Assembly: GCF_001194135.2 (NCBI RefSeq)
Contig: NC_068996.1
Location: 19,797,951 to 19,838,214, forward strand
Length of the DNA stretch: 40,264 nt
Direction of reading: 5' to 3'
From: Octopus bimaculoides
Taxonomy: Eukaryota
The position numbers and the translations under genes were made by a program. Numbering within the stretch: position 1 is the first letter of the stretch; each line of letters opens with the position of its first letter. This document shows, piece by piece, positions 24,613-36,559 of the stretch. The notes under the pieces were generated by a model. That model saw only the letters and a list, made by a program, of their open reading frames with translations. It made no database searches and had not been told where the DNA came from.

Positions 24613-25676
24613 CGTACGGGGCATTGTGTCCATGTCTGTTCTCAGACAGATACAGATGACGGCATTTTTGCACATTCTGGCTATTTTTTGAAATAGCAAT
24701 TAACCCAAAGCCTGCAGCATAGCAAAGATAATTTCTCGAAGTTATGTAGATCATTTTCAAAATTTTTGTCGATGCATAGAGTTTGCACAAGAACATCAAC
24801 CTCTCTTTTCCACCTCTAGTTCCCAATAGAATGCTGACATCAATATTCTACTGATTACAATGCTCGACTGATAAAGTTCATCTGGGGCGTTCTATTGTTT
24901 TTTACAAAGATAGAAAAAGGTATTATGACCAAGGTGGGCTCAGCTAGTCGTCGTCCAGGTAACTCTACAGTTGTCGCCGCCAGTCACGGTATTTCGGCTA
25001 CGCCGGGTACATGCAGCGCCTGAGCAGTAGAATGCGTCCCATATATAAAAATGACATAGTAGACATTCCAATCTGGCGAGACGTAACTTTGATATTTGTT
25101 GTGTATGTGTGGGCGTGAGTGTTTTTTTTTTTGTGTGTGTGTGCATGTGTTTGTGTGTAGAAATGATTCGTGATTGGCTGAATTATAGCTTATGTAAGAG
25201 AGCCGATTCCAAATATATTTTAAGTCTAATCTACCCATCGCATCTTTGCCAATCTATTATCGCTTGGCGACAAATAGTTACATTTGTGTTTAGTTTTCAT
25301 GTTAATAAACGAGTGTAAAGGTGAGTTTATGTATGTGTGTATGTGTTTGATTATGTATAAATAATATCGTCTTTAAATATTAGTCTTCCGCACTGACTCG
25401 CACGCAACCGCTCTGACAAATATACACATTTGTCCACTAAAAATACGAAACAAGTAATCGTAAATGTAACTATTTGTCAACAGACGTTAAATATAGATAT
25501 AAAATGTAGATATAAAATAACATAAACAGAAAACACAGTCTTATATTTAATACTTATTAAAAATGCTCGTTTTTAGTTCTTGTTGCCAAATACACCTACC
25601 TACTAGTGACTTATTGTATCACTGAGTGCGAATGTGTCAAACATATAGCACCGTTGCATCTTCACGTAGAAAATGG

Positions 25677-25728
<52 letters not shown>

Positions 25729-25764
25729 NNNNNNNNNNTCGCTATTAATACTGCCTCTGTCGCT

Positions 25765-25810
<46 letters not shown>

Positions 25811-25814
<4 letters not shown>

Positions 25815-26358
25815 AACAAACTAACTGGCTAATCGTGACACCAGCACCTGTTCTTGCATTGTCAGTCTATATATCGCTGGTGGGGAGATGAATCGGTGCT
25901 ACCACTAGCGGTCGAGTGTCCATCATTGACAAGAACAAACAAGGTCAAAATCACATGATCTAGTGGTCTCAGCGCTGGAGGTGACGTAGGTTTATCTTCC
26001 CGCTACTGATGTAAACAAGAGAGCATTTTGCGCCAAAAAGTCCGTATGAGAGTTTCTCTCATGGTAGCTATCGCAGTATAGTTTACTTTAATAGAACGTT
26101 CTCATTTCAGAGGATATAAATATTACCTCTCGGTAATAATACTACCTTTCTCGCTAATATATGAATTTTTTTAACAAGCTAACTGGCTAATCGTGAAACC
26201 AGTGCCTGTTCTGGCACTGTCAATCTATATATCGCTGATGGGGAGATGGGTCGCTGCTGCCTCTAGCGGTCGAGTGTCCATCATTTCCTAGACCAAAGAA
26301 GGTTGAAGTACCGTGATCAGGTGGTTTCGACGTTGGAGGTAGCGGGGATTTATCTCCC
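25811..26358. repeat. Diverged local duplication (~190 bp; 25811-26001 and 26169-26358)
   Basis: Colinear at roughly 75%, e.g. CTAACTGGCTAATCGTGA, CTATATATCGCTG.TGGGGAGATG, CTAGCGGTCGAGTGTCCATCATT. Confidence 0.85.
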
Positions 26359-26496
26359 ATTACCCCATCCCCTCCATCTTCTGCTGCTTTATCCCCACCT
26401 TTTTCTTTCCTCATTTCTGTTCTTTCCAGAATTTTTCGTAATTAAATATTCTAATAACATAAACTTCTAACTTTCTTTTCATCATTTACTGTGCTA

Positions 26497-26735
26497 GTGA
26501 AATCCAAGCGCCGAGATGCATTCAGGGGCATGGCCGGCAGCTATGAGTTTGTGTTGATCACCGTCGATATGTCAGGTGTTCTAGGATCTCGCACTACTGT
26601 TTTTCTCCTCAAAATAGGGACATGAGCGGTCCATCGGAGACATACGCCTCGTGAGATGGAGTGGCTGCTTCAGAGAGTGTCGCTGGCCATTCTCCATGAC
26701 AATGCCACCACGGTCATTACTGAGAGGCACGACTG
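26497..26735 (+). mobile_element. CRE-clade-like RLE retrotransposon 3' fragment, copy 2
   Basis: GSYEFVLITVDMSGVLGSRTTVFLLKIGT*AVHRRHTPREMEWLLQRVSLAILHDNA reads in one frame. Colinear with 21022-21250. Confidence 0.75.
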
Positions 26736-26912
26736 AAAAATAAGCCCCGCGAAATAAAGTGACTGCTCACGAATAATATCAGATGTTCTATTTTACGGAA
26801 GCTAATCGGAAGAGAAACTGGTTTGAATAAAAAAAAAAGTGACCAAACCTACTTTGGGAGTGGTTTCTCATCCATTTCTAGATAGGATACCAATATTTAT
26901 CTTATATAATAA

Positions 26913-27110
26913 GGTGGCGATCTGGCAAAATCGTTAGCGCGCCGGACAAAATGCATAATGGCATTTTGTCCGTCTTCACTTTCTGAGTTCAAAATTCCGT
27001 CATTTCGAAATCGATAAAATAAGTGTCAGTTGAGCATTAGGGCCAATGCAATCGACTCACTCATCCCCAAAACTGCTGACTCAGTGCCAAAATTTGAAAC
27101 CATTATTATT
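26913..27110 (+). mobile_element. SINE family B
   Basis: A-box-like TGGCAAAATCG, B-box GAGTTCAAA, tail GTGCCAAAATTTGAAACC(ATT)n. Confidence 0.85.
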
Positions 27111-27113
27111 ACT

Positions 27114-27325
27114 GCGACGAGCTGGCAGAATCGTTAGCACGCCGGGCAAAATGCTTTACGGCATATCGTCTGTCTGCACGTTCTGAGCTCAAATTCCACC
27201 GAGATCGACTTTCCCTTTCACCCTTCCGGTTCGATAAAATGAGCATCATTTGAGTATTGCGGTCGATGTAATCGACTTAACCTGCCCCTGACATTGCTGG
27301 CTTTATGCAAAAATTTGAAATCAGT
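27114..27325 (+). mobile_element. SINE family B (head-to-tail with previous copy)
   Basis: GCGACGAGCTGGCAGAATCGTTAGC...CCCTTTCACCCTTCCGGTTCGATAAAATGAG. Confidence 0.88.
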
Positions 27326-27364
27326 GTTTATTTTATGTAATTAATTTTTTTCATAATATACATA

Positions 27365-27784
27365 GGCGCAGGAGTAGCTGTGTGGTAAGTAGCTTGCTTA
27401 CCAACCACATGGTTCCGGATTCAGTCCCACTGCATGGCACCTTGGGCAAATGTCTTCTACTATAACCTCGGGCCGACCAAGCCTTGTGAGGGGATTTGGT
27501 AGACGAAAACATAAAGAAGCCCGTCGTATATATATATATGTGTGTGTGTGTGTCTGTGTGTGTGTGTTTGTGTATGTTTGTGTGTGTGTATGTTTGTGTG
27601 TCTGTGTTTGTCCCCCCAACATCGCCTGACAACCGATGCTGGTGTGTTTACGTCCCCCGTAACTTAGCGGTCCGGCAAGAAAGACCGATAGAATAAGTAC
27701 TAGGCTTACAAAGAATAAGTCCTGGGTCGATTTGCTCGAATAAAGGCGGTGCTCCAGCATGGCCGCAGTCAAATGACTGAAACA
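27365..27784 (+). mobile_element. SINE family A, full length
   Basis: GGCGCAGGAGTAGCTGTGTGG head through GACTGAAACA tail. Confidence 0.93.
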
Positions 27785-27866
27785 TATATAAGAATATTGT
27801 TTTGCAATTTTACCTCCACATTTTTCTATTATGTCTATGTGCATCCCCACAAATAAAGAAGACATC

Positions 27867-27926
<60 letters not shown>

Positions 27927-27983
27927 CGTTGTTGTTGTTGTCGTCGTAACAGCAGTAGCAGTAGCTTACTCTTACGATTATTA

Positions 27984-28189
27984 TTGGTTTCAAATTTTGA
28001 CACAAGGCCAGCTACTTCGGAGAAGGGGGTTACATCGATTCCAGTGCTTAACTGGTACTTATTTTATCGACCCTGAAAGGATGAAAGGTAAATTGGACCT
28101 CGACTGAATTTGGACTGAGAACGTCAAGACGGGCAAACAGCCGCTAAACATTCTGCCCGGTGCGCTAACGATTCTGCCAGTACGTCGAC
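27984..28189 (-). mobile_element. SINE family B
   Basis: Reverse complement matches family B. Confidence 0.85.
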
Positions 28190-28192
28190 TTC

Positions 28193-28235
<43 letters not shown>

Positions 28236-28240
28236 TGATG

Positions 28241-28356
28241 ATTTAAAATTGTTGCCACAAAGGCAGCTTTGGGGAGGAGATTAAGTCGATTACATCGACC
28301 CCAGTGCGTCACTATTACTTATTTAATCGACCCCGAAAGAATAAAAGACAAAGTCG
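28241..28356 (-). mobile_element. SINE family B, 3' half running into gap
   Basis: AGTCGATTACATCGACCCC...TTTAATCGACCCCGAAAG. Confidence 0.8.
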
Positions 28357-28879
28357 NNNNNNNNNNNNNNNNNNNNNNNNNNNNNNNNNNNNNNNNNNNN
28401 NNNNNNNNNNNNNNNNNNNNNNNNNNNNNNNNNNNNNNNNNNNNNNNNNNNNNNNNNNNNNNNNNNNNNNNNNNNNNNNNNNNNNNNNNNNNNNNNNNNN
28501 NNNNNNNNNNNNNNNNNNNNNNNNNNNNNNNNNNNNNNNNNNNNNNNNNNNNNNNNNNNNNNNNNNNNNNNNNNNNNNNNNNNNNNNNNNNNNNNNNNNN
28601 NNNNNNNNNNNNNNNNNNNNNNNNNNNNNNNNNNNNNNNNNNNNNNNNNNNNNNNNNNNNNNNNNNNNNNNNNNNNNNNNNNNNNNNNNNNNNNNNNNNN
28701 NNNNNNNNNNNNNNNNNNNNNNNNNNNNNNNNNNNNNNNNNNNNNNNNNNNNNNNNNNNNNNNNNNNNNNNNNNNNNNNNNNNNNNNNNNNNNNNNNNNN
28801 NNNNNNNNNNNNNNNNNNNNNNNNNNNNNNNNNNNNNNNNNNNNNNNNNNNNNNNNNNNNNNNNNNNNNNNNNNNNNNN

Positions 28880-28934
<55 letters not shown>

Positions 28935-29531
28935 ATATATATATGTATATATACACGTATATATACACGTATATATATACACATATATATATGTATATAT
29001 ACACGTACTTGTTTATATTTGTATACGTATATACATATATACATAAAGAGAAAAAGGAAGAGAATGAGAAAAAAAGGTCATTGAGTGCACATGGGCGAGT
29101 GAAATAAATTCAGGTGAGTCAGGTAGGCTAAGTGGAAGGGTAGGTTGAGCGATTGAATGGGTTGATGGACGGGGTGTTTGCTGGAGGTGAGGTAAAGAAG
29201 GATATTACGATAACATGTGAAAGCTGCCTGTACTTCCAACAACCTCGACAGAGCCACAGTTACCACCCAGGAAGATGATACAGTTTGTTGTGATGAGCAT
29301 TTCAGGCGAGAACGTAAATCTACAGAGGATCTGTGTGTTTATTTCAATTAAATGTAGCTGCACACGCGGATTTTTTATTTACACATCAATGTGTGTAAAT
29401 AATTACCATGTATACAATTGAAAGTGTGTATGATGGCAGAGTTGGGAGCTTGTGGTGACAGACTGAAGGTTAGCAGGTTTCATGTGTATACTAGTGTATA
29501 TGGTTAAGAACATATGTTAAATATGTATATG

Positions 29532-29603
<72 letters not shown>

Positions 29604-29749
29604 NNNNNNNNNNNNNNNNNNNNNNNNNNNNNNNNNNNNNNNNNNNNNNNNNNNNNNNNNNNNNNNNNNNNNNNNNNNNNNNNNNNNNNNNNNNNNNNNN
29701 NNNNNNNNNNNNNNNTATATATATATATATATATATATATGCTATAGCC

Positions 29750-29980
29750 GAATGTATCGACCCCAGTATTTAATTATTTTAAAGTCTTGTACTTTCTCTG
29801 TCGGACTCTATTGTCGAACTGGTAGTTGATGGGGACGTAAACACAGACAAGCGGTGCTGAGAGACAAACACATACAAAAAGATACACACACACAAACATT
29901 CACACACACACAAACGTGCCCACGCAAACACACACATACACACATATATATGACGGGCTTCTTTCCATTTCCGTCTACCA
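29750..29980 (-). mobile_element. SINE family A, internal fragment
   Basis: GGGGACGTAAACAC...GACGGGCTTCTTTC...TTCCGTCTACCA. Confidence 0.7.
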
Positions 29981-30084
29981 TCATTTCGGGGTCAATAAAT
30001 TAAGTACCAGTGAAACACTGGGTCGATGTAATCGATTAGTCCCCATCCCCCAACATTTCAGGCCTTATGCCTGTAGTAGAAAGG
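29981..30084 (+). mobile_element. SINE family B, 3' fragment abutting the family A fragment
   Basis: TTTCGGGGTCAATAAATTAAGTACCAG...GGGTCGATGTAATCGA...AGGCCTTATGCC, then (ATT)n. Confidence 0.75.
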
Positions 30085-30104
<20 letters not shown>

Positions 30105-30117
<13 letters not shown>

Positions 30118-30400
30118 GTTTTTTTCTTCTTTCTTCAAATTTTCGTCCATTTCTCGCCGAGTGTTTTCCGTACACCTAGGGCAGAGAAGCTCATTGTATG
30201 CATTCCCAGGTTACACACACAAATTCACAGGTAAAATATGTATTTAAAATAAATAAATAAATTCATGAATGGATGTTGTTTTCACAGTGATAATGCTCTT
30301 CTCAGTACATGAGTCGTTCCATTTAACACGATTTTTGCACTTCTTGTAGGGATGGTAAGCCTGGTACCATTTTCAAATAGGTTTCAGTACCTTTTTTTAT
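30105..30400 (-). mobile_element. Second, diverged Dong/R4-like family, 3' end
   Basis: IKKGTETYLKMVPGLPSLQEVQK/IVLNGTTHVLRRALSL* (one frameshift) aligns to copy B PGNSKMAEVQKIVLMGTAHIVRKILST*. 3' UTR ends in (AAT)n. Confidence 0.75.
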
Positions 30401-31047
30401 CTGGCATATAGGAGTCCACTTTTGCTGGTCATTCCTCTTATTTTTGTATGTAATATAATTTTAATCTTCGGATTTTTTTAATATGCTAGACCACTGGTTT
30501 TAATTGATTAACATCAATTTCTACCCTCATTAATAAATTTTATATAATAATGTTCTCAAACCGGTAAATTAGCTGCAAAAATTTATTAACTGCAGAATTA
30601 TTTCCGGACTTAGCGCGCCAGATTGAAGACATTTGAAATGATACACTAGATGTAATTTGTAGAACTCTACACGTGCCTCATTACGGGTGGATGTCTTGTG
30701 TCTAGTTCTGGAAATTGCATTGCGAATCGACGGACTACGCTGACGATCCTGCAGATATTTACTTATGTAAATTTTAACAGGTGAAACCATGGTTAATCGT
30801 TTTTTTATTTAGTATTTTTTCATTTGTCTTGCCCTTTTACAGTCTGTTGTGTCGTTGAATTTTTACTGAGAACATATATTTTTTTCGTGGTTAGATGATT
30901 CGGCATCTATTTCTGGCATATAGGAGTCCACTTTTGCTGGTCATTCCTCTTATTTTTGTATGTAATATAATTTTAATCTTCGGATTTTTTTAATATGTTA
31001 GACCACTGGTTTTAATTGATTAATATCAATTTCTACCCTCATTAATA

Positions 31048-31048
<1 letters not shown>
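30400..31048. repeat. 137-bp direct repeats (30400-30536, 30912-31048), 2 substitutions
   Basis: Direct comparison; period 512 bp. Confidence 0.92.
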
Positions 31049-31084
<36 letters not shown>

Positions 31085-31085
<1 letters not shown>

Positions 31086-31245
31086 GACAAGCTTCTCTCA
31101 GTTTCCGTCCATCAAATCCACTCATAATGCCTTGGTCGGCCCGAGGCTATAGTAGAAGACACTTGGCCAAGGTGCCACGCACAAGGACTGAACTCGGAAC
31201 CAAGTAGTTGAGAAGCAAGCTTCTTAACACACAGCCATGTTTGCG
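31085..31245 (-). mobile_element. SINE family A, head only
   Basis: Reverse complement matches the family-A head. Confidence 0.85.
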
Positions 31246-31604
31246 TTTACATTTAATTTTGTGTGTAATAAGTCAATGTCTTTACAATGTGTGTATCATT
31301 CCAGTTTTAGTAATTAAAAATGCCATAATAGACTAGTTTATTAACAGCCACAATATTACAATCATTTGGTATTGCAATGTCTGCTATTAATAACAAGAGT
31401 CACATTGGCATTTAAAATGATGAAGTCAGCTTTATTAAATCGTGTCTTTGTATGTTAAATCTCCATACAATCTTTGCTAGACTATTTTTTAAAAGCAGTT
31501 ATTTATGATTTACCGCAGGACGTTTTCAGTATATTGTTAAGAATTGTGTCTACACCTATGTATTCATTTTCACTATTCTGTCTCTACATACTTGTGGTAT
31601 CTTA

Positions 31605-31710
31605 AGTAAAGTAATCCCTCGATGGGCCAGCGTCCCGTCCACGTGGGGAATATACACGCCACAGAATCTGGGAAACCGGCCTTACGAGCCTATAGCACGT
31701 AAAGAAGCAT
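31605..31710 (+). mobile_element. Probable 3' fragment of a third SINE type
   Basis: TAATCCCTCGATGGGCCAGCGTCCCGTCCA...GGGAAACCGGCC resembles, from memory, the 'CCCTGCGATGGACTAGCATCCCGTCCAGGGG' block of invertebrate SINEs. Single copy here. Confidence 0.4.
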
Positions 31711-31920
31711 TGATAGATTTTTTTTTAAATGTGGGGTATGCACACACAAGAACAGAGCCAGGACACATCAGGAATCTTCCAAAACGAATTAATAAACATG
31801 TATATGTAAAACACCGGTACGGTTTCAATTACCTGTTGTTATCCGTAGATTTACTGCAGGAACTTCGTAGCGGCGGTTGGGGTAATAGTATTAATAAAAT
31901 AGGAAATGGAATGTGTAATA

Positions 31921-31988
31921 GACTTTATTGGACACAACACATGTTTCGACCCGTTCTGGGTCTCTTCAGTTTCATCAATAAAATGTCT
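31921..31988 (-). ncRNA. Minimal type I hammerhead ribozyme motif (Penelope-like-element type), likely inactive as is
   Basis: Minus strand: TTTATTGATGAAA-CTGAAGA-GACCC(AGAAC)GGGTC-GAAAC-AT-GTG-TTGTGTCCAATAAA. Both catalytic boxes are exact, stem II has 5 bp, palindromic ACATGT replaces helix III, and helix I can pair. Confidence 0.65.
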
Positions 31989-32360
31989 CACTAGAGATTT
32001 CTTGAGTCGGCTTACGTACCGCTTCGTCTATCAAATTCGAGAATGAGTAAAATCAGAGAAAAATTATTGAAACGCAAAAAGATTTAAATTATGAACGTGG
32101 AAAGTATACATTCTAGTATAGAGAAAATGACGTAATCAGCTTTCGCTATTGTAATTGTTAAGAGAAAGAAAAGGAAGTAGAAGTTATTTGAAAGGTGGAT
32201 AATACTTAGATGAAAAATCTTTTTGTGTTCGTGCTTAGACACATATATGCATACACAGAGATATATACACACATATACATACGCGCTCACACACGCACAT
32301 CCAAATATATGGACATATACATACAACTAGATACACTTGCATACGCACACGTATGGACGA

Positions 32361-32438
<78 letters not shown>

Positions 32439-33174
32439 ATGTATATGTATGTACAGGAACTCGTATACGCAGGTACACACGTCTATATATACATAAATAT
32501 ACGTACATAGTATAGATGAATACATGCGTAGATTCGTACGTAAAGCTTGAGACATACACACACACACGTATTAATACATACATACATATGCACATACACA
32601 CAGATACATATATACATACATATACATGTATGTGTGTGTTTGTGTGTATAATCCATATAATAATACAAAGAAATACGTTAGCATATTTTTAATGATCAGT
32701 TATAGTTGTTTCTGTTAGAGTGCACCTTTGATGCAAATGTGATGAAGTACAACAATAATGCCTAAAACCGCAAACGATGCCAAACCCATACAGCGGTTTA
32801 CCGTTGGGGGACCAGGATTTTCTACACCTGAAGAATTTGCTATTGGTCTTGAATTCGACAGTGTTGATAGACCAGAACTCGAGTTGTGTGCTTAATTGGT
32901 AATACCCTATCTTTATTCCCTACCAAAACATTAATTTTTTCTACGCGCACTCAAACACACACGCAAAATTTTCAGGATCCTACAAAATCAAGGTATCCAC
33001 TCATCTGCGTTATTATATATANNNNNNNNNNNNNNNNNNNNNNNNNNNNNNNNNNNNNNNNNNNNNNNNNNNNNNNNNNNNNNNNNNNNNNNNNNNNNNN
33101 NNNNNNNNNNNNNNNNNNNNNNNNNNNNNNNNNNNNNNNNNNNNNNNNNNNNNNNNNNNNNNNNNNNNNNNNNN

Positions 33175-33316
33175 CGTAACTGGTACTTATTTAATCGACC
33201 CCGAAAGGATGAAACGCAAAGTCGGCCTCGGCGGGGTTTGAACTTAGAACGTAACGACAGACGAAATGCCTCTAAGCATTTCACCCGGGAAGCTAACGAT
33301 TCTGCTAGCTCGCTGT
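33175..33316 (-). mobile_element. SINE family B, 5' part
   Basis: Reverse complement matches the head and central domain. Confidence 0.85.
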
Positions 33317-33410
33317 CCGTAAACAAGTAGCTAATTTCTCATCATTCAACGTCTAAAATCTCTCTACAATTTCGCATCTTCAACGTTGACACATACATAC
33401 ATACATATAC

Positions 33411-33557
33411 TCTCTTTTACTTTCTTTTACTTGCTTCAGTCATTTCACTGTGACCATGCTGGAGCACCGCCTTTAGTCGGTGCTCCAGCACCAAATCCAC
33501 TGACAAGGCTTTGGTCGGCCCGAGGCTATAGTAGAAGACACTTGCCCAAGCTGCCAC

Positions 33558-33558
<1 letters not shown>
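33411..33558 (-). mobile_element. Rearranged SINE family A (tail joined to head via inverted patch)
   Basis: Tail 33411-33480, inverted insert to 33490, head segment 33491-33558. Confidence 0.85.
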
Positions 33559-33603
<45 letters not shown>

Positions 33604-34155
33604 NNNNNNNNNNNNNNNNNNNNNNNNNNNNNNNNNNNNNNNNNNNNNNNNNNNNNNNNNNNNNNNNNNNNNNNNNNNNNNNNNNNNNNNNNNNNNNNNN
33701 NNNNNNNNNNNNNNNNNNNNNNNNNNNNNNNNNNNNNNNNNNNNNNNNNNNNNNNNNNNNNNNNNNNNNNNNNNNNNNNNNNNNNNNNNNNNNNNNNNNN
33801 NNNNNNNNNNNNNNNNNNNNNNNNNNNNNNNNNNNNNNNNNNNNNNNNNNNNNNNNNNNNNNNNNNNNNNNNNNNNNNNNNNNNNNNNNNNNNNNNNNNN
33901 NNNNNNNNNNNNNNNNNNNNNNNNNNNNNNNNNNNNNNNNNNNNNNNNNNNNNNNNNNNNNNNNNNNNNNNNNNNNNNNNNNNNNNNNNNNNNNNNNNNN
34001 NNNNNNNNNNNNNNNNNNNNNNNNNNNNNNNNNNNNNNNNNNNNNNNNNNNCATACATATATAAATTCCTCTATTTACCTAATATCAAAGTTTCCTTCTT
34101 TTGTTGTTATTTTATTATTATTATTATTATTAATATATATATATATATATATATA

Positions 34156-34543
34156 TTCTTTCACTTGTTTCAGTCATTTGACTGCGGCCATGCTAGAGCA
34201 CCGCCTTTAATGTGAGCAAACTGACCCCGGGGATTATTCTTTGCAAGCCTAGTACTTATTCTATCGGTCCATTTACAGGGACGTACCCCCACTAACATCA
34301 GTTGTAACATACCAACATCGGTTGTCAAGCGGGGGGGAAACAGACACACAAATATATACACACACCTACATATATATATACGACGGACTTCTTTAAGTTT
34401 ACGTCTACCAAATCTACTCACAACGCTTTGGTCGGCCCAAGGCTATAGTAGAAGACACTTGCCTAAGGTGCCACGCAGTGGGAATGAAAACAGAAGCATG
34501 TAGTTGGGAAGCAAGCTGCTTACCACACAGCCACTCCTGCGCC
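34156..34543 (-). mobile_element. SINE family A, full length
   Basis: Ends CCACACAGCCACTCCTGCGCC, the reverse complement of the head start. Confidence 0.9.
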
Positions 34544-34699
34544 TGTGCATATATATACATGATAAATGAAAGATGGAAGATGGAAGATACGAAAATTTCT
34601 ATTGATCACGACAATCTAACGCGTGGGATATTTAACAGCTGGTTCAAGAGCATCCGATGGTGCAGATTTGTCTCTTCGGGTGATAAATTGATATATTAG

Positions 34700-35079
34700 C
34701 TTTTACATGTTTCAGTCATTAGACTGCAGCCATAATGGGTCACTGCCTTAAAGAATTTTACTCGAATTATTCAACTCCAGCACTTAATTGTTTTTTAAAC
34801 CTGATACGTATTCTATTGTATGTTTTGCCGAACCACTAAGTTACGGGGACCTAAACACACCTGCACCGGCGGTGGTGGCGGGAAAAAGCCACACACACAT
34901 ACACACTATATATATATATACACCACGGGCTTCTTTTAGTTTCCGTCCACCAGATCCTCTCACAAGACTCTGATCGGCTCGAGGCTATAAGAGAAAACAC
35001 CTGCACTTGCATGGTGCCACACAGTGGGATTGGACTCGGAACCATGTGATTGGGAAAGAATCTTCTTACCACACAGCCG
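34700..35079 (-). mobile_element. SINE family A (older subtype)
   Basis: Tail, spacer and head in reverse. Confidence 0.85.
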
Positions 35080-35129
35080 CGATTTCTTTCAACGGTTTCT
35101 CCCATTATTCACCTACAGCATTTGATAAT

Positions 35130-35380
35130 TCTATAGGCAATTTCCACACATTTCTTGATATTTCTGTCATAGCTAATTTGCACGGCAATGTTAATGGCCA
35201 CTTCCTGCTTAGAAAGACTTACTTGCTAGATTGCCATGTCATCAACAAAAGAAGACAGTAGGTCTTATTTTTTTGACACATCTGTCACCGAGAGTCTTTA
35301 AACAATAATCTGAGCGACACTTCATTCAAACAAATCAAAATGGAGAGAAACAAAGTTGTTATAGAGATCCTGCTGAACAC
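35130..35380 (-). pseudogene. Degraded non-LTR reverse transcriptase relic (motifs 4-5)
   Basis: VQQG-like...TLF about 40 codons upstream of FVDDMAI, followed by NIKKCVEI. Needs frameshifts and stops. Confidence 0.45.
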
Positions 35381-35386
35381 AGGGGT

Positions 35387-35417
<31 letters not shown>

Positions 35418-35429
35418 TTGTCGCCAATA

Positions 35430-35594
35430 GGCGTAGGAGTGGCTGTGTGGTAAGTAGCTAGCTTACCAACCACATGGTCCCGGGTTCAGTCCCACTGCGC
35501 GGCATCTTGGGCAAGTGTCTTCTACTATAGCCTCGGGCCGACCAAAGCCTTGTGAGTGGATTTGGTAGACGGAAACTGAAAGAAGCCCGTCGTA

Positions 35595-35641
<47 letters not shown>

Positions 35642-35868
35642 GTGTGTTTGCATGTGTGTGTTTGTCCCCCCAAACATCGCTTGACAACCGATGCTGGTGT
35701 GTTTATGTCCCCGTAACTTAGCGGTTCGGCAAAAGAGATCGATAGAATAAGTACTAGGCTTCTAAAGAATAAGTCATGGGGTCGATTTGCTCGACTAAAA
35801 GGCGGTGCTCCAGCATGGCTACAGTCAAAAGACTGAAACAAGTAAAAGAGTAAAAGAGTAAAGAGTAA
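35430..35868 (+). mobile_element. SINE family A, full length, near consensus
   Basis: A-box TGGCTGTGTGG, B-box GGTTCAGTCCC, internal (TA)n(TG)n, tail (AGTAAAAG)n. Confidence 0.95.
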
Positions 35869-36559
35869 ACACATCAAATTCACCCTCATTATTTTTACCC
35901 ATCAGTTCTTTTATCAGAAAGCACATTATACCCTCACATACAAATCATTAGTTAACATTCTTTTTTAATGTCTTTACTACCCTAATATTGAATCTATTAT
36001 ATAAATTGCTTTTCCCTATCTATATTCTATTGCTGAATATGTCAGAATTTAAATTTTGAATTTCGTTTTAATTATATTAAGGATTGGAACGTACAATTTC
36101 CTGTAATTCAGATTGCCTCATTGTCCCAGCAGACAAAATGCAAAAAGAGTTGCCCCGGAGGATTGTGAGGAAGATGCGCTGGAAAAATATTTTCTAGAAT
36201 TCGCTTATCGAATAAATTAAAATTGATACATTATCAGTTATAGTTTTAAAACTGGTGTTCACAACGGCGCGTCTTATGTTGTTGGGCTCCACGTCAACTA
36301 TGCTTTAACATATAGATGCTCTAGCCGTAACCATCTAGATATTTTTTTCTTTTTAAAGACATATATATAAATACATAACTGGCTACTATTTCTCTCAAGT
36401 CGAGTGACTTTGTAGAACCTGTCTCTTTGCTACGTTGTGTAACTATAATTATACATACACACACATACATACATACATACATACATACATACATACATAC
36501 ATACATACATACATACATACATACAAACATGTGTACATACATGCACACAAACATACATA

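Noticed and set aside
24910-25021. Small ORF or micro-exon (RKRYYDQGGL, DnaJ-like)
   Set aside because: It is followed by an immediate stop, is too short, and has no partner exons.
34620-34660. GAACCAGCTGTT on the minus strand as a hammerhead remnant
   Set aside because: Both catalytic boxes are mismatched; indistinguishable from chance.
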